From Vicinamibacterales bacterium (GTDB lineage: Bacteria > Acidobacteriota > Vicinamibacteria > Vicinamibacterales > UBA8438): a stretch of DNA of 64,000 nt. Numbering within the stretch: position 1 is the first letter of the stretch; every line of letters starts with the position of its first letter. The stretch covers positions 2,793 through 66,792 of the forward strand of contig CBDATI010000044.1 of assembly GCA_965199675.1 (NCBI GenBank), written 5' to 3'. Under the pieces are notes generated by a model, which was not told the DNA's origin, did no database searches, and saw only the letters and a list, made by a program, of their open reading frames with translations. Position numbers and translations under genes: made by a program. Shown here one piece after another: positions 48,631 through 57,337 of the stretch.

Positions 48631-48783
48631 ATCAACCCCGACCTCGGATACTTCCAGCGCGTGACCGGCGCCGTGCACGCGTTCCAGCTCGCCTTCGACC
48701 TGCCGGGCGTCGAAGCGAACGCCTTCGACCACACGAGCCCCGTACGAGTCCCGGCCGTCACCTTCCTGTCGCAGCTCGTGTGA
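48631..48783 (+). pseudogene. Start-less C-terminal gene fragment, possibly from an AAA+/DUF4143-type ATPase
   Basis: INPDLGYFQRVTGAVHAFQLAFDLPGVEANAFDHTSPVRVPAVTFLSQLV* with strong host codon bias; family call from memory only. Confidence 0.4.
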
Positions 48784-48903
48784 CGGCCGCCTCCATCGCG
48801 CGGCGACGGCCGCGGTCCATCGGCCTGGGGATCGCGTGGGCCTGGATCCCGTCACCTGAGAGGCTGCGCCGGGCTGCCGACGATTGCCGCCGCGCGCCGG
48901 TCG

Positions 48904-49569
48904 TCAGCGGCCGTGCAGTTCGACGAGGCGGGCGCGGTCGCCGTCGGTCAGGGGCAGGAAGCCGGTGGCGTCGGGCTCGGCCGTCAGCGGCTGGCAGGGG
49001 CCGCACATGAGGGTGTGGGGCTCGGCGTTGTGGTCGAGCCCAAGGGCGTGGCCCAGCTCGTGGGCGACGACGTGCTTCGTCACCATGGGGTCGGTCCGGT
49101 ACGGCCCCCGGACTCGGCGGATGACCACGAGGTAGCGGGTCGGCGACACCCGGGGCAACGGCCACGTGAACGACAGGATGTCCTGCCGGGACAGAAGAAG
49201 GACGACGTCGGCGTCGAGTTCGATGAGTTCCGCCGGAGGCGGGGGCTCGGCGTCTCCGGCCGGCAGCCGGGTGGCGCGCTGGGCGACCTGCCGGGCATAG
49301 TTCTCGACGGCGCGTTCGACGGGCGATTCAGCGACCACGCGAGGTTCGGCGAACCGAGTGGCCACCCCCAGCTCGGCCAGACGGTCGTTCCAGAAGGCGA
49401 TGGCCTCTCGCGACGGCGCCAACCGGTCGTCCGCCGCGGACGGGACCAGGACGAGGACGGAGGGATTGCCCGCCGGTACCCCCGGCGACTCGGCGGCTGC
49501 CGCCGTCCCGGTCAGGCTCCAGCCCGCAAGCGCCGCCACCCCGAGCGCCGCGCGCAGGCCGACCGACAC
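48904..49569 (-). CDS. Exported matrixin-like zinc metalloprotease (metzincin)
   Basis: HELGHALGLDH plus Met-turn TLMC; signal peptide; start uncertain. Confidence 0.78.
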   Translation of the reverse strand: MSVGLRAALGVAALAGWSLTGTAAAAESPGVPAGNPSVLVLVPSAADDRLAPSREAIAFWNDRLAELGVATRFAEPRVVAESPVERAVENYARQVAQRATRLPAGDAEPPPPAELIELDADVVLLLSRQDILSFTWPLPRVSPTRYLVVIRRVRGPYRTDPMVTKHVVAHELGHALGLDHNAEPHTLMCGPCQPLTAEPDATGFLPLTDGDRARLVELHGR

Positions 49570-49796
49570 CGAGCACGATGGCCCGCCCGCCGTCGTCCGA
49601 CGGCTCCGCTGGGACCCCGGCCAACCCTGCAAGAGTCCGCGCTGTGCTACCGCGCAGACTCCTGGCCCGCCAATCACCGCCTGACGGCTCCGGCCCACGG
49701 CCCCGCCGTTTCCGCGGACCGACGCCGCGGACCGGGCCGGATTTCCGGCTGCGCCAGCGTCGCGAGCCGGCGACCCGCGGCCGTCGCGCCTCCCGC

Positions 49797-51134
49797 TCAC
49801 AGCTCGCTCAGGTGCTCGATGCGCCCGGTGCTGTCGCCGACCTGCTCGCGGTGCGAGCCGAGCTTGTCGAGCATGGTCACGAACAGGTTCGCCATCGGCG
49901 TCCGGTCGGGGTAACGCAGATGGCGCCCACCTCTGAGGGTCCCGCTGCCGCCGCCCGCGAGCACCGCCGGCAGGTCGTCGTGGGTGTGCGCGTTCGAGTC
50001 GCTGAGGCTGCTGCCGTAGAGGACCATCGCGTGGTCGAGCAGCGACCCGCCGCCATCGTCGGCGTCGCGGAGCTTCCCGAGCAGGTAGGCGAACATCGCG
50101 ACGTGGTGCTGGTCGATGAGCTGCAGGCGCGCCATGCGCTCGGGGTCGTTCTGGTGGTGCGACAGGCCATGGTGGGCGTCGGGCACGCCGATCGACCGGT
50201 AGGTCCGGTTGCCGCCCTCGCGGCTGTACATCAGGGTGACCACCCGGGTCAGGTCCGCCTGGAACGCGATGGCGATCAGGTCGGACATCGTGCGGACGTG
50301 CTCCTCGAAGGTCGGGGGCACCCCGTCGGGTCGGGCCAGGGCCGGCAGGTCCACATCGTCCCGCCGCTCGGTGTTCTGGATGCGGCGCTCGACCTCGCGC
50401 ACCGCGTCGAGGTAGTCGCCGAGCTTGCGGCGGTCGCCGGCGCCGAGGCCCGCCCGCAGCCGGCCCGCGTCCTCGCGGACGAAGTCGAGCAGGCTCCGGT
50501 TCTGCCGCGCCCGCACCGCCCGCACCGCGGGGTCGGTGGTGTCGCCGTCGCCGAACAACCGTTCGAACACGCGTCGCGGGTCGGTCTCGTAGGGCAGTGG
50601 GGTCGTGGGCGAGCTCCACGACACGGTGTTGCTGTAGGCGCAACTGTAGCCCGAATCGCAGCCCCCCACCATGCGCACGTCCTGCAACCCCAGCTCGAGC
50701 GAAGGCAGCGGCGTCGAACGGCCGATGTCCTGGGCCAGCATCTGGTCCACCGACATGCCGTTCCGGATGTCCGCTCCCTGCGTCTTCCTGGGGTGCACGC
50801 CGGTCAACCAGCTCGCGCCGGCCCGCGCGTGGTCGCCGGGACCATCCCCCAGCGCCTCGCCGTTGCGGTGGGCGAGGCCCGTGAGGATGAGGAGCCGCTC
50901 GCGGAACGGCTCGAGGGCATGCAGGGTCTTGGTGAAGGCGAACCCGCGCCCGGTCTCGGTCGGGGTCCAGTCGCTCATGATCACGCCGTTGGCGGTGTAG
51001 ATGAACGCCACCCGGGTGATCGGCGTGGGCGCGGACGCGAACGCCGGGGTCATCGCATCGAGGAACGGGAGGGCGACCGCGGTTCCCATGCCCCGCAGGA
51101 ACGTCCGACGCGGAAGGGCTCTGCCAGTGATCAT
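49797..51134 (-). CDS. DUF1552-family Tat protein
   Basis: RRTFLRG; GDHARAGASWLTG, CDSGYSCAYSNTVSW, HHGLSHH. Confidence 0.85.
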   Translation of the reverse strand: MITGRALPRRTFLRGMGTAVALPFLDAMTPAFASAPTPITRVAFIYTANGVIMSDWTPTETGRGFAFTKTLHALEPFRERLLILTGLAHRNGEALGDGPGDHARAGASWLTGVHPRKTQGADIRNGMSVDQMLAQDIGRSTPLPSLELGLQDVRMVGGCDSGYSCAYSNTVSWSSPTTPLPYETDPRRVFERLFGDGDTTDPAVRAVRARQNRSLLDFVREDAGRLRAGLGAGDRRKLGDYLDAVREVERRIQNTERRDDVDLPALARPDGVPPTFEEHVRTMSDLIAIAFQADLTRVVTLMYSREGGNRTYRSIGVPDAHHGLSHHQNDPERMARLQLIDQHHVAMFAYLLGKLRDADDGGGSLLDHAMVLYGSSLSDSNAHTHDDLPAVLAGGGSGTLRGGRHLRYPDRTPMANLFVTMLDKLGSHREQVGDSTGRIEHLSEL

Positions 51135-53671
51135 GGCTCCGGAATCCTCCTCATCGCGAATGGTACGCTATCGACCACGGCCGAGACCAGGGCCGAGAAC
51201 CGGTAACCTTCCGATTCCACCCGACGACGGATCTCACGCACCGCGGGCCGGTCGCGGGCTTCGAGGCCGCGGCCGATCGCATAGGTCAGCAGCTTCTCGG
51301 CCAACGCCTCCACGAACTCGCGGCGGCGGTCGAGCAGCATCGCCCGCAGCCCGTCCGCACCCGCAATCACCGTGCCGTCCGGCAGTTCCGCCGAGGCGTC
51401 CACCGCGCCCCCGTCGTCGGCGCGATAGGCGCCCACCGCGTCGAAGTTCTCGAGCGCGAACCCCAGCGGGTCGAGACGAGCATGGCAGACGGCGCAAGCG
51501 GGGTTGGCGCGATGCCGCTCGAGAGCCGCGCGCAGACCGCCGGCCGACGAGCCGACATCGGCCTCGAGCTCGGGCACGTCGGGGGGCGGTGGCGGCGGCG
51601 GCGCCCCCAGCAGGTTCTCGAGAATCCACTTGCCACGCAGCACCGGCGACGTGCGCGTCGGGTACGACGTCACCATCAGGACGCCGCCCTGAGTGAGGAT
51701 GCCGCCGCGGCCGGTGCCGGCGAGCGAGACGCGCCGGAAGTGGCCGCCCTCGACCCCGTCGATGCCGTAGAAGTCGGCCAGCCCCTCGTTGAGGAACGTG
51801 TAGTCGGCGCCCAACAGGTCCAGCACGCTGCGGTCGTCCCGGACGAGCTGCTCCAGGAAGAGCTGCGTCTCGCGCTGGAACGCGTGGCGGACGCCGTCGT
51901 CGAAGTGCGGAAAGCGCTCGGGGTCCGGGGTCCAGTCGGCGACGTTGCGCAGATGGAGCCACTGCCCCGCGAAGTTCTCGACAAGGGCCCGCGCCTTCGG
52001 GTCGGCGAGCATGCGGGCGATCTGCCGCGACAGTTCGTCCGGCGCCGCGAGCCGCCCCTGCTCGGCGGCCTGCAGCAGCGCCTCATCGGGAATGCTGCTC
52101 CAGAGGAAGAACGAGAGCCGGGAGGCGAGGTCGAGGTCAGCGAGGCGATAGACTTCGCCGGGCCGGGCGCCGGCCGGAGCGGCGGGCGCCCGGAAGAGAA
52201 AGCTCGGCGAGACGAGCACCCCGCTCAGGGCCATCTCGATGCCGTGGTCGAAGCTCCCTCCGTCGGCCCGCCCCATCGCGAAGAGACGCATGAGGGGATC
52301 GATGTCGGCGTCGGTGACGGGACGCCGGTACGCCCGCCGGGCCAGCGTGGTCAGGATGCGCCGCGCGCACGGCGCCTCGGGGTCGCCGGCGTCCGGACGA
52401 CAGACGAACAGGCGTCGCCGGCTCTCGGGGTCACCCGGCCCGGTCGCCTCGTAGGGGCCGCCGACGAGCACGTAGTCGACCGACACGCCGTTGGTCGTGC
52501 CTCCCCCGGCGCCCTCGCGCCGCGCGTACTCGGTCAGGAACCCCGCCGCGATCTCGTGCTCGCCAGCCGCGAGGGCCATCCGCATCTCGAAGATGCGGCT
52601 GCCCTGGTTCGCCTCCTCGGCGTCGAAGTCGGCGTCCAGCAGACCGACCCGGGCGCCGTCGATCCGCACGTCGAGCTTCGGGGGCGGCATGCCGGAGGCG
52701 CGCCGTCCCCGAACCCTCACCTGAATCGCGTACTCGGCGTCGAAGGGAAAGTGGTGACTGAACAGGATGCCGCCGCGGGTGTTGGGGGGCAGCCCGGCGA
52801 TCTCTCCGTCCCACGCCGGCCCGCCCGCGGGGCGGTAACGTTGCACGACGGGAACGGGAGCGCCGGTGCCGACCACGAGCCGGCTGATGCGCCGCGCCGC
52901 GGCGACGTACTTCTCGACGTGCAGCGGCGACACCGTCAGCACGTCGCCGATGTTGTCGAACCCGTAACCGGAGTCGTCGGCCGGCAGGTCCCGCGCGTGG
53001 TCGAGGTCGATCCCGAGGAGGTCGCGGACGGCATTGCGGTATTCGGCCCGGTTCAGCCGGTGGATGGCCGGCGAACCGGGATCGGGCCGCTCGGCGGCCG
53101 CCCGGTCGAGCCCCGACTCGAGCCACGCCACGAGCTGCTCTCGTTCGCCGTCGTCCGGGGCGGGCCGCCCGGCCGGGGGCATCTCGCCTGCGCGGAGCTT
53201 GTGCAGGACCTTCTCGAGGACCGGCGCCTGCTCCCCCACCGGGGCATCGGACACCCCGGCCAGGGTCAGGCCGGCGGTCCGGGTCCGGTCGTTGTGGCAC
53301 GCGAGGCAGTAGTGTTCGACGGTGGCCTCGAACAGGCCCGTCCCCGCCTGCGAGGTCCGCTCGCCAAACCGGACCGGCGGCGCGAGGGCGACCGCACCCG
53401 CGGACGGCGCGACGCGTTCGGGCGAGGCGGATTGACGGGCGAGGTTCCGCGCGACGGCGACGAGGTGCACGGTCGAGGGAGACAGCGACACGGCCCCGTC
53501 AGCCGCGTTCCGAACGGCGCCGGCACTCCCCCCGGGCGCGCTTTCCGGTGACACCGACTGACCGGCCGCACTTCCGGGGGCCGCCGCCCCAGACCCGAGC
53601 CCCAGCGCAACCGCGCAGGCCAAGCCGAGCAGCGATCCACGCGTCGAACGGCGAGTATCCTGGCGAGCCAC
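51131..53671 (-). CDS. DUF1592/1587/1588/1585/1595 multidomain cytochrome-like protein
   Basis: CLACH, HRLNRAEYRNAVRDL, ASRLSFFLWSSIPD, TSPVLRGKWIL, CAVCH...DPLGFALENFD; overlaps the DUF1552 start. Confidence 0.88.
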   Translation of the reverse strand: MARQDTRRSTRGSLLGLACAVALGLGSGAAAPGSAAGQSVSPESAPGGSAGAVRNAADGAVSLSPSTVHLVAVARNLARQSASPERVAPSAGAVALAPPVRFGERTSQAGTGLFEATVEHYCLACHNDRTRTAGLTLAGVSDAPVGEQAPVLEKVLHKLRAGEMPPAGRPAPDDGEREQLVAWLESGLDRAAAERPDPGSPAIHRLNRAEYRNAVRDLLGIDLDHARDLPADDSGYGFDNIGDVLTVSPLHVEKYVAAARRISRLVVGTGAPVPVVQRYRPAGGPAWDGEIAGLPPNTRGGILFSHHFPFDAEYAIQVRVRGRRASGMPPPKLDVRIDGARVGLLDADFDAEEANQGSRIFEMRMALAAGEHEIAAGFLTEYARREGAGGGTTNGVSVDYVLVGGPYEATGPGDPESRRRLFVCRPDAGDPEAPCARRILTTLARRAYRRPVTDADIDPLMRLFAMGRADGGSFDHGIEMALSGVLVSPSFLFRAPAAPAGARPGEVYRLADLDLASRLSFFLWSSIPDEALLQAAEQGRLAAPDELSRQIARMLADPKARALVENFAGQWLHLRNVADWTPDPERFPHFDDGVRHAFQRETQLFLEQLVRDDRSVLDLLGADYTFLNEGLADFYGIDGVEGGHFRRVSLAGTGRGGILTQGGVLMVTSYPTRTSPVLRGKWILENLLGAPPPPPPPDVPELEADVGSSAGGLRAALERHRANPACAVCHARLDPLGFALENFDAVGAYRADDGGAVDASAELPDGTVIAGADGLRAMLLDRRREFVEALAEKLLTYAIGRGLEARDRPAVREIRRRVESEGYRFSALVSAVVDSVPFAMRRIPEP

Positions 53672-53697
53672 GACACCGACAGTTTACCATTGGCGTC

Positions 53698-55017
53698 ATG
53701 AGCACCCTGCCGCGCCACGTCACGGGAACCGTGCTGCTCACCCTCGCGCTCTCGACGCTCCGGCCCGCCGCGGCGCAGGCACCGGACGCGGCGCCTGGCC
53801 TGTTCGACGCGGTGCAGCGCCTCGACCGCGACGCGGTGCACGCGCTGCTCGCGGACGGCGCGGACGTCAACGTGGTCCGGCCCGACGGTTCGACGCCGCT
53901 GTCGTGGGCCGCGTTCCGCGGCGACACCGACATCGCGGCCGCCCTGCTGGAGGCGGGGGCCGACGCCGACCCGGTGGACGAGAACGGCGAAACCCCGCTG
54001 CTCTTCGCCTGCGCCAATGGCAACCTCGCCCTCGCCCGCCTGCTCCTCGACGCCGGCGCTGACGTGGACGCCGCCCGGTGGAGCGGCGACACGGCGCTGC
54101 TGGCCGCGGTGCACGGCGGCGACGAGGCGCTCGTGCGGCTGCTGCTCGACCGGGGCGCCGACGTCAACGTGACCGAGTCGCGCATGGAACAGACGCCGCT
54201 GATGCGGGCCATCGCCGGCGAGCATCCGTCCATCGCCCGCCTCCTCATCGAGCGGGGCGCCGACGTCGACGCCGTGTCCCGCAACGGCTTCCGGCCCATC
54301 CTGTTCGCGGCTCAGCACGGGGATGCCGCGAGCGCGCGGGCGCTGATCGCGGCCGGGGCCGACCCCCACGCCGCCGCCCCCGACGGCAGCACCGCGTTCC
54401 TGCTGGCCATCTCCGCCGGCAGCGACGCCGTGACCCGTCTGATGCTCGACGAAGGCGCCGACGTCGAGGCCCGCGACCGCACCGGCAGCACGCCGCTGCA
54501 CGCGGCGGTTCGACAGGGCAACCTCGAGATGGTGCAGACGCTCGTCGCCCGCGGGGCCGACCTCGACGCCCGCACCGGACGGGCCGACGACTGGGCCGCG
54601 GTGGCCGCGCGCCGTACCGGCGGCCTCACGCCCTTCCTGACCGCCGCCCAGGCCGGCAACGTCGAGATGCTGCAGGCTCTGCTCGGTCTCGGGGCCGACC
54701 CCGCCGCGCGTTCGTACGACGGGTCGGGCGGCGTGCTCCTCGCCACCCGTAGCCGCAACATCGAGGCGGTGGAACTGACGGTCGCTCTGGGACTCGACGT
54801 GAACGCCCGCCCCGCTGGACGCCCCAGCGCCCTGCATGCCGCCATCCGCGCCGGCGAGGACGCCATCGTCGAGTACCTCGCCGCCCACGGCGCCGACTTC
54901 GACGCCCTGGACCACCACGGCCGGACGCCGCTCGAGGAGGCGGAGTTCGAGGCGCCCACCCACACCATCGAGCTCATGCGCCGGCTCGACGCCGAGCAAC
55001 GCCGCGAGGCCCCCTGA
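53698..55017 (+). CDS. Exported ankyrin-repeat protein
   Basis: Signal peptide; about ten G.TPL..A...G...LL..GADV repeats. Confidence 0.9.
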   Translation: MSTLPRHVTGTVLLTLALSTLRPAAAQAPDAAPGLFDAVQRLDRDAVHALLADGADVNVVRPDGSTPLSWAAFRGDTDIAAALLEAGADADPVDENGETPLLFACANGNLALARLLLDAGADVDAARWSGDTALLAAVHGGDEALVRLLLDRGADVNVTESRMEQTPLMRAIAGEHPSIARLLIERGADVDAVSRNGFRPILFAAQHGDAASARALIAAGADPHAAAPDGSTAFLLAISAGSDAVTRLMLDEGADVEARDRTGSTPLHAAVRQGNLEMVQTLVARGADLDARTGRADDWAAVAARRTGGLTPFLTAAQAGNVEMLQALLGLGADPAARSYDGSGGVLLATRSRNIEAVELTVALGLDVNARPAGRPSALHAAIRAGEDAIVEYLAAHGADFDALDHHGRTPLEEAEFEAPTHTIELMRRLDAEQRREAP

Positions 55018-55414
55018 CCGGCTGCCACCCTCGGCCGCGTCAGGGTCCCCGCCGCGCGGACGCCCGCCCCGCACCACCGACTTCGACACCCTGGATCACC
55101 CGGCCGGACGCCGCTCGAGGAGGCGGAGTTCGAGGCACCCACCCACACCATCGAGCTCATGCGCCGGCTCGACGCCGAGCAACGCCGCGAGGCCCCCTGA
55201 CCGGCTGCCACCCTCGGCCGCGTCAGGGTCCCCGCCGCGCGGACGCCCGCCCCGCACCACCGACTTCGACACCCTGGATCACCCGGCCGGACGCCGCTCG
55301 AGGAGGCGGAGTTCGAGGCGCCCACCCACACCCATCGAGCCGATGCGCCGGCTCGACGCCGAGCAACGCCGCGAGGCCCCCTGACCGGCTGCCACCCTCG
55401 GCCGCGTCAGGGTC
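54893..55414. repeat. Tandem repeat, about 183-bp unit, nearly three copies, covering the ankyrin 3' end and the intergenic region up to the MFS stop
   Basis: CCGGACGCCGCTCGAGGAGG at 54921, 55104 and 55287; copies 2 and 3 carry small indels. Confidence 0.92.
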
Positions 55415-56645
55415 GTTGCGGCGCCGGCGTCCCGTCGGGGCCGGTCGCGACCGGGCCCAGGGTCTCCGGCACCCGGCGCCACAGCACGCCGCCGCCGGCG
55501 GCCCCGATCAGCCAGGTCAGGGCCAGGGCGACCGGCAACGAGGCCGCGGCCGAGGTCAGCAACGGCCCCACGAGAACCCCGCAGTCGCCCACGAGGCGCC
55601 ACACCCCCAGAAAGCGGCTGCGTTCATCGGCGGGAGCGAGGTCCGCCCCCAGGGTCAGCAGGATGCCGCTGCCCAACCCGTTGCCGACCCCGGCCAGCAG
55701 CGCGACGGCAACGAACGTCGCGACCGAGCCGGTCAGAGGCAGCAGCCCCATCGCCGTCCCCAGGGTGACGATCGAGCCCATGCCAGCCACCTTGCGGCCC
55801 CAGCGGTCCATCACGAGACCCGCCACCGGCGCCATCGCCAGGTCGACCATCGCCGCGATGCTCACGATGAACCCCGTCGCCTCGGGGTCGATGCCGAGGT
55901 GGGCGCCCCAGAGCACCACCAGCAGGCGGCGCTGCTCGCGCACGAGCTGCATGCAGAAGGCGAAGACCCCGGCCCCCAGGAAGGTGCGGCGGTAGCGGCC
56001 CAGCATGCGCGGCGCCAACAGCAGCATGGCGGCGGCCGTGTCGCCCGGCGCCGCCCCCGCCTCGTCGCCTGCCGCACGCCCCTCAGGCGACGCCGGCGGC
56101 GCCACCCTGCGGATGAGCGACAGGGTCAGCACCGCGGCGACCGCGATGGCCAGGAACACGGCGCGAAAGCCAATCTGCTCCGCCGCCACGCCACCGAGCA
56201 GGGGACCGAGCAGCAGGCCCACGCGCTGCAGCGCGGCGAGACCGGCCATGGCCTTGCCCCGCTGGCGAGCGGGGACCTGTTCGGTGATGCAGGCCAGCCG
56301 GGCCAGCAGCCACGTGCCCGCGCCGGCGCCGAAGGCCAGCGTGGCGAGGGCGAGTACGACGGGCGATGCGGACTGCGCGATGACCACCGCCGCGGCCGCC
56401 ATCAGGCCGTTGCCCAGGAGCATGCCGGTCTTGTAGCCGTACCGTTCGATGACGAGGCTCGCCGGCACGTTCGCGACCACGCTGCCGAGGCCGCGCATGG
56501 CGAACACCAGCGCCGCCACCGACAGACCTTGCCCCAGATCGAGCACGTAGAGGGGCAGTACGACGAGCAGGGCCATCTGGGCCACCGCCATCAGGCCCGA
56601 CGGCAGATAGACGGAGAGCCCCAGGACCCGCCAGGGTGACTGCAT
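55407..56645 (-). CDS. MFS transporter
   Basis: Multiple TM segments; motif-A-like LVIERYGYK and LVMDRWGRK. Confidence 0.85.
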   Translation of the reverse strand: MQSPWRVLGLSVYLPSGLMAVAQMALLVVLPLYVLDLGQGLSVAALVFAMRGLGSVVANVPASLVIERYGYKTGMLLGNGLMAAAAVVIAQSASPVVLALATLAFGAGAGTWLLARLACITEQVPARQRGKAMAGLAALQRVGLLLGPLLGGVAAEQIGFRAVFLAIAVAAVLTLSLIRRVAPPASPEGRAAGDEAGAAPGDTAAAMLLLAPRMLGRYRRTFLGAGVFAFCMQLVREQRRLLVVLWGAHLGIDPEATGFIVSIAAMVDLAMAPVAGLVMDRWGRKVAGMGSIVTLGTAMGLLPLTGSVATFVAVALLAGVGNGLGSGILLTLGADLAPADERSRFLGVWRLVGDCGVLVGPLLTSAAASLPVALALTWLIGAAGGGVLWRRVPETLGPVATGPDGTPAPQRP

Positions 56646-56653
56646 CTGGAAGT

Positions 56654-56727
<74 letters not shown>

Positions 56728-56803
56728 GGCAGGGAGGAGGTCAACCGGCGTTACCGCCCGGCGGACCGCCGTGGCGATGCGGAGGCGCACCGCCCGAGAA
56801 GAA

Positions 56804-56878
56804 TGGAGCGGGAAACGGGATTCGAACCCGCGACTTCGACCTTGGCAAGGTCGCACTCTACCACTGAGTTATTCCCGC
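56804..56878 (-). tRNA. tRNA-Gly (GCC)
   Basis: GCGGGAATAACTCAGTGGTAGAGTGCGACCTTGCCAAGGTCGAAGTCGCGGGTTCGAATCCCGTTTCCCGCTCCA; encoded CCA. Confidence 0.96.
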
Positions 56879-56902
56879 CCGTCGCAGGCTGTTGCAGAGA
56901 AT

Positions 56903-56931
56903 AAGCTATCACAGGGCCGGGGCGGCATCAA
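56903..56931 (-). promoter_or_regulatory. Sigma70-type promoter for the tRNA pair
   Basis: TTGATG-17 nt-TAGCTT on the minus strand, 24 nt upstream of tRNA-Gly. Confidence 0.6.
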
Positions 56932-57302
56932 GACGGACACGCAGAGAAGGCATCCCTCACCACTTCGAGAATCGGCGGGCGGCCGGGACCGGCGGTGACC
57001 CCGACGACGTCGAAGCGGCATGGCGGCGCCGGTCCGCCGAGGCCGCTCAGATAGCTGCGCGCCATGTTGACGAGCCGCCGCTGCTTGGCCGCGTTCACCG
57101 CCGCCGTCGGCCCACCGAACGCGGCCGTGCGCCGCGCCTTGACCTCGACGAACACCAACGTCGGGCCATCGCGCGCGATGACGTCGATCTCGCCGTAGCG
57201 GGTGCGGAAGCGGCGAGCGAGGATGGCATACCCCCGCCGCCGCAGCTCGCGGCACGCGAGGTCCTCGCCGAGCCGGCCGAAGGACTGGCGGGCGCGAGTC
57301 AT
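56928..57302 (-). CDS. yraN: YraN-family protein
   Basis: GRLGEDLA, YGEIDVIA, LVFVEVKAR, CRFDVV. Confidence 0.9.
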   Translation of the reverse strand: MTRARQSFGRLGEDLACRELRRRGYAILARRFRTRYGEIDVIARDGPTLVFVEVKARRTAAFGGPTAAVNAAKQRRLVNMARSYLSGLGGPAPPCRFDVVGVTAGPGRPPILEVVRDAFSACPS

Positions 57303-57337
57303 CGTCCGCCGACAACTCGATGCAAAACCCGGACCAG

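Noticed and set aside
54893-55414. Possible CRISPR array
   Set aside because: Units are 183-bp whole-sequence copies with no unique spacers, and no cas genes are present. No CRISPR array seen anywhere in the window.
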